Shown here piece after piece: positions 23,267 to 33,134 of a stretch of 64,000 nt of DNA. The stretch spans positions 11,374 to 75,373 of the forward strand of contig JBLHXX010000004.1 of NCBI GenBank assembly GCA_047630475.1, read 5' to 3'. This DNA is from Celeribacter sp. (GTDB lineage: Bacteria > Pseudomonadota > Alphaproteobacteria > Rhodobacterales > Rhodobacteraceae). The first letter of the stretch is position 1; every line of letters begins with the position of its first letter. Position numbers and translations under genes: made by a program. A model generated the notes under the pieces. That model saw only the letters and a list, made by a program, of their open reading frames with translations, was not told the origin of the DNA and did not search any database.

Positions 23267-24952
23267 TTATTTTTCCGTTAATTTCAATTCAATCCGGCGA
23301 TTTTGCGCAAAATCAGATGGGCTATCGCCAAAGGCAATCGGGTGAAATTCACCAAACCCTGCCGCCGCCAAACGACCCCCAGGAAAGCCAAGCGCATCTG
23401 TCATATATCGCACAACTGACAAAGCGCGGGCTTGGCTCAATTCCCAATTGTCTTGATATTCTCCAGCGCCTGACAGAGGCACTTTGTCCGTATGCCCGTC
23501 AACGCGGATGACCCAATCGATTTCATCAGGGATGTCTTTTGACACCTCAGACAAAATGCCCGCAACCCGTGCGATTTGCGTTTGACCGTTGGAGGCCAAG
23601 GTCGCCGATCCTGGGTCAAATAGGACTTCCGAGCTGAACACAAAGCGGTCCCCCACGATGCGCACCCCGTCACGGTCGCCTAAAATTTCACGCAAACGTC
23701 CGAAAAATTCTGATCTGTAGTTTTCAAGTTGCTTGGCCTCGACCTCGAGCCGCTTGCGCTCGGCCTCTTCCAACTGGGCACGGCGGCGTTCTTCGGCCGC
23801 GACCTGTGCAAGCGCGGAATTGAGACGAGACGTTAACGCATCAATTTGAACATTTGCCTCAACATCGCGATCTGTACGGTCGTCCAAAATAGCCTGCAAA
23901 GCGGCCAGCTGGCTGCGCAAGGCCGATACTTGTTGATTGAGCAACGCGACCTTGCGTTCACTTTCAGCCGATTTGGCGCTTTCCGTTGAGAGCGCCACTT
24001 TTGCGGCTTGCAAAAGCGCCGCCTGTTTTTGGGCTTCTGACAATTGTGTTTGCACATCCAAATCCAATGACTGGCGCGCAACCTCCGCTGCGGCCAACAA
24101 AGTCAAAGTATCCTCTGCGGATTTACGCTCTTCTTCAAGCGCAAGGGTCAGTGCAGTCAATTCGTCTTGTGATGTCGCCAGTTTATCGCGCAAGGCTTGC
24201 AAGGCCGCTTGATCCAAAATGCGATTTTTTTCTGCTTCGCTTAAAGTTGTTTCACTGAGCAAACGCGCCTTTTGCGCTTCTGACAAAGCTGTCTCAGCCT
24301 CATCCGCACGCGCTATGACAGCCGCCAATGCAGCGTCCTTATTTGCGGTATCCGTTTGCAACTGCGCAACCAACGCATCCAGCGCTTCACGCCGTGCGGC
24401 CGCCAAACGTGCATTTTCAGTGGCCACATCAATTTCATCACGCGCGCGCGCCAAAGCAAGTTGCAAGGCCTCTTGCTCATTTATGACACGCGCATTGGCC
24501 GCTTCCAGTTCGGCAATGGTTGCGGATTTCTGATCGGACTGGGCCAAAGCCGTGTCACGTTCGGACAACAAACTGGCCACTTGTGCCTCAAACGACGCAA
24601 TCTGTGCGTCCTTTTCAGAATTCTGCGACTGCAACGTTGCAATGAGTGCCGTTTGGGCGGTAGCAATATCGCGCGCATCGCTTAACGTTGCTCTGATTGT
24701 GCCAAGCTCATCCTCAAGTCCAAACGCACGCTGTTGTTCAAGCCCTAAGGCACGCGCCAACGCTTCAACTTCGGATGTCAGTGCATTCAGTTCCGTTTCC
24801 TGGCCAGAAATCGTATCGCGCAACATGGATTGTACGACCATAAAAATAGTCAAAACAAACATCAAAACCAACAAAAGTGCCGTCATCGCATCGACAAACC
24901 CGGGCCAAATCGACCCTGACATGCGCTGAGATGAGCGGCGCAAAACGGCCAT
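23267..24952 (-). CDS. MotB/ZorB-like protein: TM helix with Asp, long coiled coil, OmpA-like peptidoglycan-binding domain
   Basis: WPGFVDAMTALLLVLMF (Asp21); about 360 aa of A/E/L/Q-rich heptads; VDGHTD, NWELSQARA, NRRIELKL. Confidence 0.88.
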   Translation of the reverse strand: MAVLRRSSQRMSGSIWPGFVDAMTALLLVLMFVLTIFMVVQSMLRDTISGQETELNALTSEVEALARALGLEQQRAFGLEDELGTIRATLSDARDIATAQTALIATLQSQNSEKDAQIASFEAQVASLLSERDTALAQSDQKSATIAELEAANARVINEQEALQLALARARDEIDVATENARLAAARREALDALVAQLQTDTANKDAALAAVIARADEAETALSEAQKARLLSETTLSEAEKNRILDQAALQALRDKLATSQDELTALTLALEEERKSAEDTLTLLAAAEVARQSLDLDVQTQLSEAQKQAALLQAAKVALSTESAKSAESERKVALLNQQVSALRSQLAALQAILDDRTDRDVEANVQIDALTSRLNSALAQVAAEERRRAQLEEAERKRLEVEAKQLENYRSEFFGRLREILGDRDGVRIVGDRFVFSSEVLFDPGSATLASNGQTQIARVAGILSEVSKDIPDEIDWVIRVDGHTDKVPLSGAGEYQDNWELSQARALSVVRYMTDALGFPGGRLAAAGFGEFHPIAFGDSPSDFAQNRRIELKLTEK

Positions 24953-24955
24953 CTG

Positions 24956-26131
24956 TTATTGCTCCTGCCCTGCGATATCGCGCAAGGCTTGCGTCAGGGC
25001 AGAAATTTCACCGCGTAAAGCCGTTGTGCTTTCTTGACGACCTGCAGAGAGTTCTTCAAGAATACGCAAAAGCTGCACGTCAATGGATCTCAACCGCATT
25101 CGACTTTCGGCATCCTCGCCCAAATCACCACCAGTGCCCGTGCCTGCATTTCGTTCAAGCACCGTGACCAGACGATCTTGCGTGGTGGCAATTTTTTCCA
25201 AAGCAGGGCCCGTCCCCCCATCGTTTTCCATCCGCAAAACCATACGGTCTATAGATTTCGCGAGCTGATCAATGCGATCATCAACCAGTGCGCGCGAGAC
25301 ATCTGATTGTACAAACAGGGTTTGAAGAGCGTCCATTTGCTGGGACATATGATCAAGCACCGCAGCCGCACCAGACATCTCACCATCGCCATCACCAGCC
25401 GAAAATCCAATGCGCGTGATCGAAGACATCCACTCTTCGAGCTCGCGGAAAAACCGATTTTGACCATGTGAGGCAAAAAGTTCAAGCAAGCCAACGACCA
25501 GCGACCCAGCAAGGCCCAAAAGGGATGAGGCAAAGGCCGTCCCCATGCCGCCAAGCTGTTGTTCAAGCCCTGTCATCAACCGCGTAAAGACGATCGACGC
25601 CCCCTCGCCGTCTTTTGGAGACAGCGATCTGATGGTGTCAACAAGGGCAGGAACCGTGGTTGCAAGACCATAGAATGTACCCAAAAGGCCTAAGAAAATC
25701 AAAAGGTTAGATATATATCGCGTGATATCACGTGCTTCATCGATACGCGTGGCCACAGAATCCAAAATGGACCGCGATGAGGAACTTGAGATTTGCGACT
25801 GCGCTCCGCGCTCGCGCATCAAACCAGCCAAAGGCGCCAAAAGCCGAGGTGCACGTTTGCCCTCTTGTTTGGGGCGCACACCGATGAACCGCTCGATCCA
25901 GTGAACCGAGCCAACGAGTTGGAAGACTTGCCAAAAACAGGCCATAATCCCAATGACAAAAACGAATGCTATAAAACCGTTGAGATAGGGGTTGGCCAAA
26001 AACACAGGCAAAACCCGTGGCAACGCCACGTAACCCCCAAAGCTCACCATCCCAAGAACAATCACCATCAAAGTGATTTGTCTCACGGGTTGTGAAAAAT
26101 ACTGCGATGCCTCTTGATCGGGTTGGTCCAT
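24956..26131 (-). CDS. MotA/TolQ/ExbB proton-channel family protein with C-terminal helical tail
   Basis: LIFLGLLGTFYGL and GMGTAFASSLLGL; hydrophobic N-terminal helices; 3 nt from the partner gene. Confidence 0.88.
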   Translation of the reverse strand: MDQPDQEASQYFSQPVRQITLMVIVLGMVSFGGYVALPRVLPVFLANPYLNGFIAFVFVIGIMACFWQVFQLVGSVHWIERFIGVRPKQEGKRAPRLLAPLAGLMRERGAQSQISSSSSRSILDSVATRIDEARDITRYISNLLIFLGLLGTFYGLATTVPALVDTIRSLSPKDGEGASIVFTRLMTGLEQQLGGMGTAFASSLLGLAGSLVVGLLELFASHGQNRFFRELEEWMSSITRIGFSAGDGDGEMSGAAAVLDHMSQQMDALQTLFVQSDVSRALVDDRIDQLAKSIDRMVLRMENDGGTGPALEKIATTQDRLVTVLERNAGTGTGGDLGEDAESRMRLRSIDVQLLRILEELSAGRQESTTALRGEISALTQALRDIAGQEQ

Positions 26132-26205
26132 TGACCCTGTCCTGACCTAACGTTTCCTGTTGAGATCACGATAGGGGACGAAAGCCGTCCTGCCAACACG
26201 CGATT

Positions 26206-26760
26206 TCAAGACTTTGCCTCCAAACGGTTACGAACCTTGCCTGCAAGCAACGTAAGTTCATCACATTCCATCCCCAGTTCCGCCAAATGGGCCGCTGTAT
26301 TGAATAAATATGCACTGTTAGGACCACGTCCACCTGTCGCTGACGCGATGATATCCGCCTGCTGATCTAACGACAGGGCGCCGGTGTATTGGGTGTGATC
26401 TGGATCGATGACATAGGCCAAGGCCGTGATGTTGCGCCCATCATCCAAACGCAGGCTGACGTGATGTTCGACATAGGCAGAGGATACCAATTCGCGTTCC
26501 CGCAAATCTGCAAGGCATTGCACGGCTGTGTCTGCGCCCACTTGAAACGCCACGCCACGGCAGATAGCACCGTTTTGGGCATCCAAAGCCAAAACAAGTC
26601 CAGGTGCCTCGACACTGCCACGATGATGAATCGACCACATGCAAAATGATCGCGCATATCCCGACAAAGTGGCAGGCGCGTGATCTATAAAGTCAAACTC
26701 AGGATTCCAAAGCAAAGACCCGTAGCCAAAGACCCAAAATCCATTTTCAAAATCATCCAT
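26206..26760 (-). CDS. chaC: Glutathione-specific gamma-glutamylcyclotransferase (ChaC family)
   Basis: WVFGYGSLLW, HHRGS..APGLVLAL, LRERE, GPNSAYL. Confidence 0.9.
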   Translation of the reverse strand: MDDFENGFWVFGYGSLLWNPEFDFIDHAPATLSGYARSFCMWSIHHRGSVEAPGLVLALDAQNGAICRGVAFQVGADTAVQCLADLRERELVSSAYVEHHVSLRLDDGRNITALAYVIDPDHTQYTGALSLDQQADIIASATGGRGPNSAYLFNTAAHLAELGMECDELTLLAGKVRNRLEAKS

Positions 26761-26862
26761 ATCCGATCCTACCTCCGCCTCACAGGCCCTCTGGCCAAGT
26801 TGCTTGGCTGTGGTTAAACACGTCTTTGGTCGCCGTTGGAAGTCTCCTTGAAAGGTATCGTT

Positions 26863-27864
26863 ATGCGTAAAGTCACTTGGTTATTTTTGGCGCTCGCAAT
26901 TCTCTATTCTGGTTATTGGTTGATCGCGTCACGCACGAGTGAACGCGGCGTGACAGCATGGTTCGATGCACGCGCGGCACAAGGCTGGCAATCAGATTAC
27001 GCGACATTGGAAACACACGGTTATCCCTTAAACCTTGAAACCACGTTGACAGATATCGCCATGGCCGATCCTGCAACGGGTCTGGCCTATCAAACATCAC
27101 GCGTCTCGATCACAAGCCGTAGCTTTACCCCGACCCGCCTTCACGCCAATTTGGCCCAAGACGCGCGCCTATCCACACCGTTTCAACACATCGACTTCGT
27201 CAATAAATCTGCAAAAGGCACTTTATTTGTCGAGGTCGGGTCTGCGTTGACCATGCACCGTGCAACCTTTGATTTTGAGGGGTTGACCGCCACATCTACA
27301 CTGGGGTGGGGATTTTCGTTGGACAGCGCCACGGCCAGTGCAGTGCGTCACGAGGACAATCGTTTGGCGCATGATGTTTCTGTGTCGATTGCCAATCTTG
27401 CCCCCTCAGCGTCGATGATGGCACAGCTAAATCCCAATGGTATTTTGTCGGATAGTTTTGATGCCATGACCATCGACGCAAGCGTCACCTTTGACAAAGA
27501 TTGGGATATCACCGCGCTTGAAGGGCCGCGCCCGCAACCAACGCATGTGTTGCTGCGCAATATGACGGCCACGTGGGGCGCACTTGATCTACGTATCGCT
27601 GGCGAATTTGACGTTGATGCGCGGGGCTTTCCAAATGGCAGAATCGCCATCAAAGCCACCAATTGGCGCGAAATGATTACCCTGTCTGCGGCGGCTGGCA
27701 TCATCCCTAAGAATTTTGAAAGTTTGGCCCTGCGCGGCGGCGAAATGTTGGCCGGTTTGACAGGCAATGCAAACACCATCGACGCTGAATTAACGCTGGC
27801 GCGTGGATCAATTTCGCTTGGTTTTTTACCCCTTGGCCCCGCACCACGCATCGCCATTCGTTAA
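26863..27864 (+). CDS. DUF2125 domain protein
   Basis: N-terminal anchor LYSGYWL, GYP motif, C-terminal LGFLPLGPAPRI. Confidence 0.8.
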   Translation: MRKVTWLFLALAILYSGYWLIASRTSERGVTAWFDARAAQGWQSDYATLETHGYPLNLETTLTDIAMADPATGLAYQTSRVSITSRSFTPTRLHANLAQDARLSTPFQHIDFVNKSAKGTLFVEVGSALTMHRATFDFEGLTATSTLGWGFSLDSATASAVRHEDNRLAHDVSVSIANLAPSASMMAQLNPNGILSDSFDAMTIDASVTFDKDWDITALEGPRPQPTHVLLRNMTATWGALDLRIAGEFDVDARGFPNGRIAIKATNWREMITLSAAAGIIPKNFESLALRGGEMLAGLTGNANTIDAELTLARGSISLGFLPLGPAPRIAIR

Positions 27865-27869
27865 AGCGA

Positions 27870-27923
27870 TCAGCGGCAATAGCGGCCTGAGCGCTAGCGT
27901 GCTATGTCAATGCATCCGCTCAT
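27870..27923 (-). pseudogene. Deletion scar of an extensin-like-C family gene
   Basis: 18 codons [16 protein letters not shown]; ATG overlaps the tyrC stop (TAATG); tail resembles the recalled extensin C-terminus ...FDTARYRSGxYCR. Confidence 0.55.
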
Positions 27924-28843
27924 TACGACGCGTCTGAGTTGCGCCCAAAATTTGGAGCATCAGTGTCTTGGCCGGCATCAATAATGCCACGGCGAATGGC
28001 ACGTGTACGGGTGAAATACTCGTGCAAATGGTCGCCATCGCCTTGGCGTATCGCACGCTGTAGAGCAAATAACTCTTCCGTAAAGCGTCCCAGAATTTCA
28101 AGTGTGGCCTCTTTGTTTGACAAAAACACATCACGCCACATCGTCGGATCAGAGGCCGCGATACGCGTAAAGTCGCGAAAGCCTGCCGCTGAAAATTCAA
28201 TCACTTCTTGGTCGGTCACACGGCTCAGATCATCGGCCACGCCCACCATTGTATAGGCGATCAAATGCGGTGTGTGTGAAACAACCGCACAGACCAGATC
28301 ATGGTGCTCGGCATCCATGCGTTTGGTATTAGACCCAAGTGCGCGCCAAAATTCTTCAAGCCGCAAAATTTCAGCTTCTGATGATGTATCCGTCGGCACG
28401 ATCAAACACCACCGATTGTCGAACAGTTCCGCAAAGCCAGATTTTGGGCCCGAATGTTCAGTCCCAGCCATAGGGTGTGTGCCAATAAATTCTACATTTT
28501 CAGGAAGATGCGGCAAAACGGATGCAAAAATGTCCTTTTTAACGGACCCCACATCTGAGACCACAGCCCCCCGTTTCAACCCCGGTGCAATTTCAGCCAT
28601 GACAGAGCCCATAGCCCCAACAGGCACGGCCAAAATGACCAAATCAGCATCCTTCACGGCCTCAACAGCGCTATCACACACGCGGTCCACGAGCCCCATA
28701 TCGCGTGCAGTGTCACGCGTGTCGTGCGAGCGCGCATACCCGACAATCTCGCCCGCCACGCCCCCACGCCGCATCGCAAGCGACATAGACCCAGCGATGA
28801 GGCCCAGCCCGATCAAGGCCACACGCTCATACATGACGCTCAT
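27923..28843 (-). CDS. tyrC: Prephenate/arogenate (cyclohexadienyl) dehydrogenase
   Basis: [38 protein letters not shown]; ATGA overlap with hisC. Confidence 0.95.
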   Translation of the reverse strand: MSVMYERVALIGLGLIAGSMSLAMRRGGVAGEIVGYARSHDTRDTARDMGLVDRVCDSAVEAVKDADLVILAVPVGAMGSVMAEIAPGLKRGAVVSDVGSVKKDIFASVLPHLPENVEFIGTHPMAGTEHSGPKSGFAELFDNRWCLIVPTDTSSEAEILRLEEFWRALGSNTKRMDAEHHDLVCAVVSHTPHLIAYTMVGVADDLSRVTDQEVIEFSAAGFRDFTRIAASDPTMWRDVFLSNKEATLEILGRFTEELFALQRAIRQGDGDHLHEYFTRTRAIRRGIIDAGQDTDAPNFGRNSDAS

Positions 28844-29928
28844 CTGCTTTGCTCCAAAAACTGGCCGATTGTATGGGCCACACGGCGGCATGATGATTCA
28901 TCGCCCACCGTGATACGCAAACAATTTGGCAAACCGTAGCCCCCCACGCGGCGCACCAACAAACCGTTAGATTTCAAAAACTCATCGCAGCTTATCGCCT
29001 CGGCCTCATCGATGAAACGTGCCAAAACGAAATTGGCGCAAGATGTGTCAGACGGCACGCCATGCTCCATCAACGCCTCGGCCAACCAAGCCCGCAAGCG
29101 GGTGTTTTCCTCGCGGCATTTATCGACCCAATCACGGTCTTTGACAGCCGCTTCTGCCGCTGCCAATTGAGGCTCGGACATATTGAACGGACCGCGCACA
29201 CGATTGAGTGTGTCAATGATCTCTTGTGGACCATAGCCCCAACCAATGCGCGCCCCGCCAAGTCCGTAGATTTTGGAAAACGTCCGCGTCATCACAACAT
29301 TGTCGCGTGTCTCAATCAAAGCCGCACCACCATCAAAGGCCTCGACATATTCGGCGTAAGCGCCATCAAGCACCAAAATCGCTTGGGGGGGCAAACCATC
29401 CGCCAAACGTGACACTTCGCGTTGGCCAACCATTGTGCCCGTCGGATTGGCCGGATTGGCAATGAACACAAGCTTGGTTTTGTCAGTGCAAGCCGCAAGA
29501 ATGGCGTCGACATCCACCACACGCTCACGTTCAGGCACGCACACGGGTGTGGCCCCCGCGGCGAGCGTTGAAATGCGGTACATTGAGAAACCGTGCTCAG
29601 TGTGGATCACCTCATCGCCAACCCCCGCATAGGCTTGACACAAAAAGGTGATGATTTCATCCGAACCAACGCCGACAATAATTTGCTGCGCATCAAGACC
29701 GTGGACATCACCAATCGCTTGACGCAACGCTGTGTGATCTGTGTTTGGGTATCGGTGCAATTGATGAGCTGCTTTGACAAATGCAGCCTTTGCATTGTCT
29801 GGCGCGCCAAACGGGTTTTCATTCGACGACAGTTTCACAGCATTGTTCAACCCATCAATCTTGCTCTGCCCACCTTGGTACAAGGTGATGTCAAGAATTT
29901 TGGGCTGGGGTTCAATCACACGGGTCAT
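28840..29928 (-). CDS. hisC: Histidinol-phosphate aminotransferase
   Basis: [31 protein letters not shown]. Confidence 0.96.
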   Translation of the reverse strand: MTRVIEPQPKILDITLYQGGQSKIDGLNNAVKLSSNENPFGAPDNAKAAFVKAAHQLHRYPNTDHTALRQAIGDVHGLDAQQIIVGVGSDEIITFLCQAYAGVGDEVIHTEHGFSMYRISTLAAGATPVCVPERERVVDVDAILAACTDKTKLVFIANPANPTGTMVGQREVSRLADGLPPQAILVLDGAYAEYVEAFDGGAALIETRDNVVMTRTFSKIYGLGGARIGWGYGPQEIIDTLNRVRGPFNMSEPQLAAAEAAVKDRDWVDKCREENTRLRAWLAEALMEHGVPSDTSCANFVLARFIDEAEAISCDEFLKSNGLLVRRVGGYGLPNCLRITVGDESSCRRVAHTIGQFLEQSR

Positions 29929-30072
29929 AGCTTAACTCACGATTAGGTTGCCCCTCTCATACCCTTGCGCGCGCAGCAAGGAAAGTCGCTTCAAGAGCTG
30001 GCGCAAATATGTTGCGCGGGCGCGTCTGTTTTACCGTCACACTTCCTTACGAGGGACATGCTTACATCAAAG

Positions 30073-30100
30073 AAAAAGGCCACCCTTTCGGGCGGCCTTT
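30073..30100 (-). terminator. Terminator after rpsD
   Basis: AAAAAGGCCACCC TTTC GGGCGGCCTTT; GAAA loop and T-tract on the minus strand. Confidence 0.85.
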
Positions 30101-30125
30101 CAAAACTTGATCGTGATGGCTCAGA

Positions 30126-30746
30126 TTAGTTCTGAGCGTAGAATTCGATCACGAGGTTTGGTTCCATTTGAACAGCGAATGGGACGTCTGAAAGACCAGG
30201 CGTGCGCACGAAAGTCGCTTTCAATTTGGAGTGATCCGCATCGATGTAATCAGGAACATCACGTTCAGCCAATTGCGTTGCCTCAAGAACAACTGCGATT
30301 TGCTTGGAACGATCACGCACTTCGATAACGTCACCTTCTTTTACGCGGTAAGAAGGAATGTTTACGCGCTTGCCGTTCACAGTGACGTGGCCGTGGTTTA
30401 CGAACTGACGGGCAGCAAAGATTGTTGCAACGAATTTCGCACGGTACACAACAGCGTCCAAGCGGGATTCGAGCAAACCGATAAGGTTTTCACCTGTATC
30501 GCCTTTAACGCGCACAGCGTCAGCGTAGATGCGGCGGAATTGTTTCTCTGTCAGATCGCCGTAGTGACCTTTCAGTTTTTGCTTAGCGCGCAACTGAAGA
30601 CCGAAGTCTGACAATTTGCCTTTGCGGCGCTGACCGTGCTGGCCGGGGCCATATTCACGGCGGTTCACTGGGGATTTAGCGCGGCCCCAAATGTTTTCGC
30701 CCATACGGCGGTCAATTTTGTATTTGGCAGATGTGCGTTTGGTCAC
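30126..30746 (-). CDS. rpsD: 30S ribosomal protein S4
   Basis: GTG start [10 protein letters not shown]..., [20 protein letters not shown]; SD GAAAGGA. Confidence 0.99.
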   Translation of the reverse strand: MTKRTSAKYKIDRRMGENIWGRAKSPVNRREYGPGQHGQRRKGKLSDFGLQLRAKQKLKGHYGDLTEKQFRRIYADAVRVKGDTGENLIGLLESRLDAVVYRAKFVATIFAARQFVNHGHVTVNGKRVNIPSYRVKEGDVIEVRDRSKQIAVVLEATQLAERDVPDYIDADHSKLKATFVRTPGLSDVPFAVQMEPNLVIEFYAQN

Positions 30747-30952
30747 GATCTGGATCCTTTCAAGTTGGTGCGCCGCAATTGATGCAAGGCCGAATGCCCA
30801 GCGCCAAAAACGGCAGCTTGTGAAAGGTGCTGTCCTTTGCTTTCCACGAACTATGTGCATTGAGCACAGTTATCGCTTTCAGCCGACAGGCATCCCCTTG
30901 CGAGGGCCACCAACACCAATAGTTAGCCCGCGCGCATTTCTGCCCACGGGAT
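30747..30952 (-). ncRNA. Structured 5' leader of rpsD (candidate cis-regulatory RNA)
   Basis: Nested complementary segments (see findings) lying between the promoter and the SD. Confidence 0.55.
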
Positions 30953-30958
30953 GGGCGG

Positions 30959-30986
30959 CTTATATAGGGCTGATGGGGGGTGTCAA
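30959..30986 (-). promoter_or_regulatory. sigma70 promoter of rpsD
   Basis: TTGACA-N16-TATAAG. Confidence 0.7.
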
Positions 30987-31022
30987 CCACGCGATCCAAT
31001 CGAAACGCGTGGTTTTTAAAAC

Positions 31023-32084
31023 TTAAGCGACGCCGTGCATCAAAATGGCTGTTTCTGCACCCGTCAACATGCGCCGCACGGATGGCCCATAAGCCTCCAC
31101 AGACGTACAAATATCTGGGAAACGTTCCAAAAGGCGTTTCTTTTGGTCGCCAGCGACCTCATCAAGATCCGCGATTCCCGGGTGAAAACTTTCCGTCTCT
31201 AGACCGTTAGCCACGATCACCTGATGCGCGTCGAAAAGCAGGTGCACATAGTGTAGCTCTCGCTGCGTGCGATCGATTACGATTGAATGGTCGTTTACCA
31301 AGTCTTTCGCCGCAACAAGCACTTCATCAGCATTGAACAGATCACGCGCCGCCGCGCCAGACACAAGCATCCTGTGCTGGGGGGACACGATCAAGTCTTT
31401 GTCTGGATTACCCATACCAAGCGCATCGGCACGCAATCGAACAGGGCGTAACTCAGGCATCGCATAAAGCCGCGCACCGGAAATGCGCCGCCCGCCAATC
31501 CAGCGCAAAGCTTGAGGGCCATTGTCTTTGGTCTGCACCAAATCGCCTTCGGATAAATGTTCAACCAAACATGGACCATCAGGCGTTAAAATTTGAGTGC
31601 CTGGCGTGAAACAAATCACAGCACCTTTGTCATCCACGTGTGCATCACGTGCAGTCGCGACGTAAGTGGACACAACCCAAAGATCTGTATCTTTGGGAGG
31701 CATTTCACCTAAAAACATCAACAAAGGGGCCCCTAAATCGGGCGTGTCAATCAATGTAATCTCGTATCGCTTGACCCCGTCAGTGACATCAAATCCACCG
31801 TCAAAAAGACGCTGTCGCGCCTCAGGGTCGTGATATATAGGTGCGCCCGCCAATGCCGACCCAATCAACCGCCGCACAGATTGTGCCGCACGTTGATGGA
31901 GTTCTGCTTTGCCGATCGCACCGTCGAGCACGAGTACATCACGCGGCCCGTCCACGCACACGGCATCCCCGAACCAGCGCCATGATGCGCCGATTGTAAG
32001 TGCCGTAAGCGGTGCACGAGTGAGGCCTTCGACCTCTACCTGTGTCCACGCAATGACAAACGTGCCGGAAAAGCCCGTTCTCAT
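31023..32084 (-). CDS. Hint (bacterial intein-like) domain protein
   Basis: ICFTPGTQILTPDG...VSPQHRML...YVHLLFDAHQVIVANGLETESFHPG. Confidence 0.92.
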   Translation of the reverse strand: MRTGFSGTFVIAWTQVEVEGLTRAPLTALTIGASWRWFGDAVCVDGPRDVLVLDGAIGKAELHQRAAQSVRRLIGSALAGAPIYHDPEARQRLFDGGFDVTDGVKRYEITLIDTPDLGAPLLMFLGEMPPKDTDLWVVSTYVATARDAHVDDKGAVICFTPGTQILTPDGPCLVEHLSEGDLVQTKDNGPQALRWIGGRRISGARLYAMPELRPVRLRADALGMGNPDKDLIVSPQHRMLVSGAAARDLFNADEVLVAAKDLVNDHSIVIDRTQRELHYVHLLFDAHQVIVANGLETESFHPGIADLDEVAGDQKKRLLERFPDICTSVEAYGPSVRRMLTGAETAILMHGVA

Positions 32085-32213
32085 AGCCTGTATGCCTGCC
32101 AATTTTAGTTTTTATCGTTTTTTATTGCAGCCAAGCTAGCACAGGCGAATCGGTCTGTTAACTATTTTCTTTGCATCCTGCAAAACTTCATAAAACCGTT
32201 GAGTTCAAAGGGC

Positions 32214-33134
32214 TTAAAATCTTAAGTTTACGTTCAAAGAACCGACCAACTGACCTTCAGTTTGCCCCTCAAATTCGGGACTCAACCAGCTCACACCATA
32301 AAACAAATCAGCTTGAGGCGCGGACAACTGTACCCCTGCGCGCCCTCTAAAGCGCACGGGCTCAAGCGACTGATCACCCGCACCGGTAAGGTACTTAGAA
32401 GACCAAACATGCGCCACATCCGCCCCAAGCCTGAATTCCACACTTGGTTCATTCCGCCCCTTAATGACAGGATCATATAACTGACCTGTGGTCACATCGC
32501 GCAATCGCACAACATCCAAAGAACGCGTGCCAAAAAAGATATCGGCGCCGAGGCGTGTAAAGGTTTCGACACCGTACTGCGCCTCGGCAAAAGGGCGCAC
32601 CTCAAAATCACCAATATGTACGGTTTGGGCCATTTCACCACTCAGGGTCGGGTAAACAGCGTTCGGCAACTGTGTGGTCAAATCAGGGCGAGGTGAATTC
32701 AGACCGTCGTGGACCCAGCTGTGCAGCCGCCCTATTCCAGTCTGAGGACCGAGAGCGACAACATCGAGACCAACGCGACTTTGCACTGCCCCCACGCGTG
32801 AATGACTGTGCAAGCCATAAGACAAGACACCCGCGTAGGGGCGATCTGCGACTGCGGCCGTCAAATTTTCAGGTGCGATCACCTCGCTGCGCAAGCGATG
32901 CTCGACCAAACGTCCAAAAGCTTCGGGGGCAACACCACTCGCATCCGGTCCGCGCATCACGGACAAAGCATATGACATTGTGTGCCAACGATCTTGACCA
33001 TCGCCGAAAAAATCATTGGAAAAAAGCCGTCCAACACCCGCATTTTGGCGCTCTTGTGATACAGCTGGCAGCGAGGCCAATAAGCCAAACGAAACAAAAA
33101 GCATAACAATAAAGCGGTGAAAAATCTTGTGCAT
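32214..33134 (-). CDS. Lipid A deacylase LpxR-like / DUF2219 outer-membrane protein
   Basis: Signal peptide, FSNDFFGDGQDRWHT, DRPYAGVL, C-terminal VNLRF. Confidence 0.8.
   Translation of the reverse strand: MHKIFHRFIVMLFVSFGLLASLPAVSQERQNAGVGRLFSNDFFGDGQDRWHTMSYALSVMRGPDASGVAPEAFGRLVEHRLRSEVIAPENLTAAVADRPYAGVLSYGLHSHSRVGAVQSRVGLDVVALGPQTGIGRLHSWVHDGLNSPRPDLTTQLPNAVYPTLSGEMAQTVHIGDFEVRPFAEAQYGVETFTRLGADIFFGTRSLDVVRLRDVTTGQLYDPVIKGRNEPSVEFRLGADVAHVWSSKYLTGAGDQSLEPVRFRGRAGVQLSAPQADLFYGVSWLSPEFEGQTEGQLVGSLNVNLRF

Noticed and set aside
23267-26131. Zorya defence system call
   Set aside because: No zorC/D/E, the long coiled coil is on the B subunit, and the context is housekeeping.
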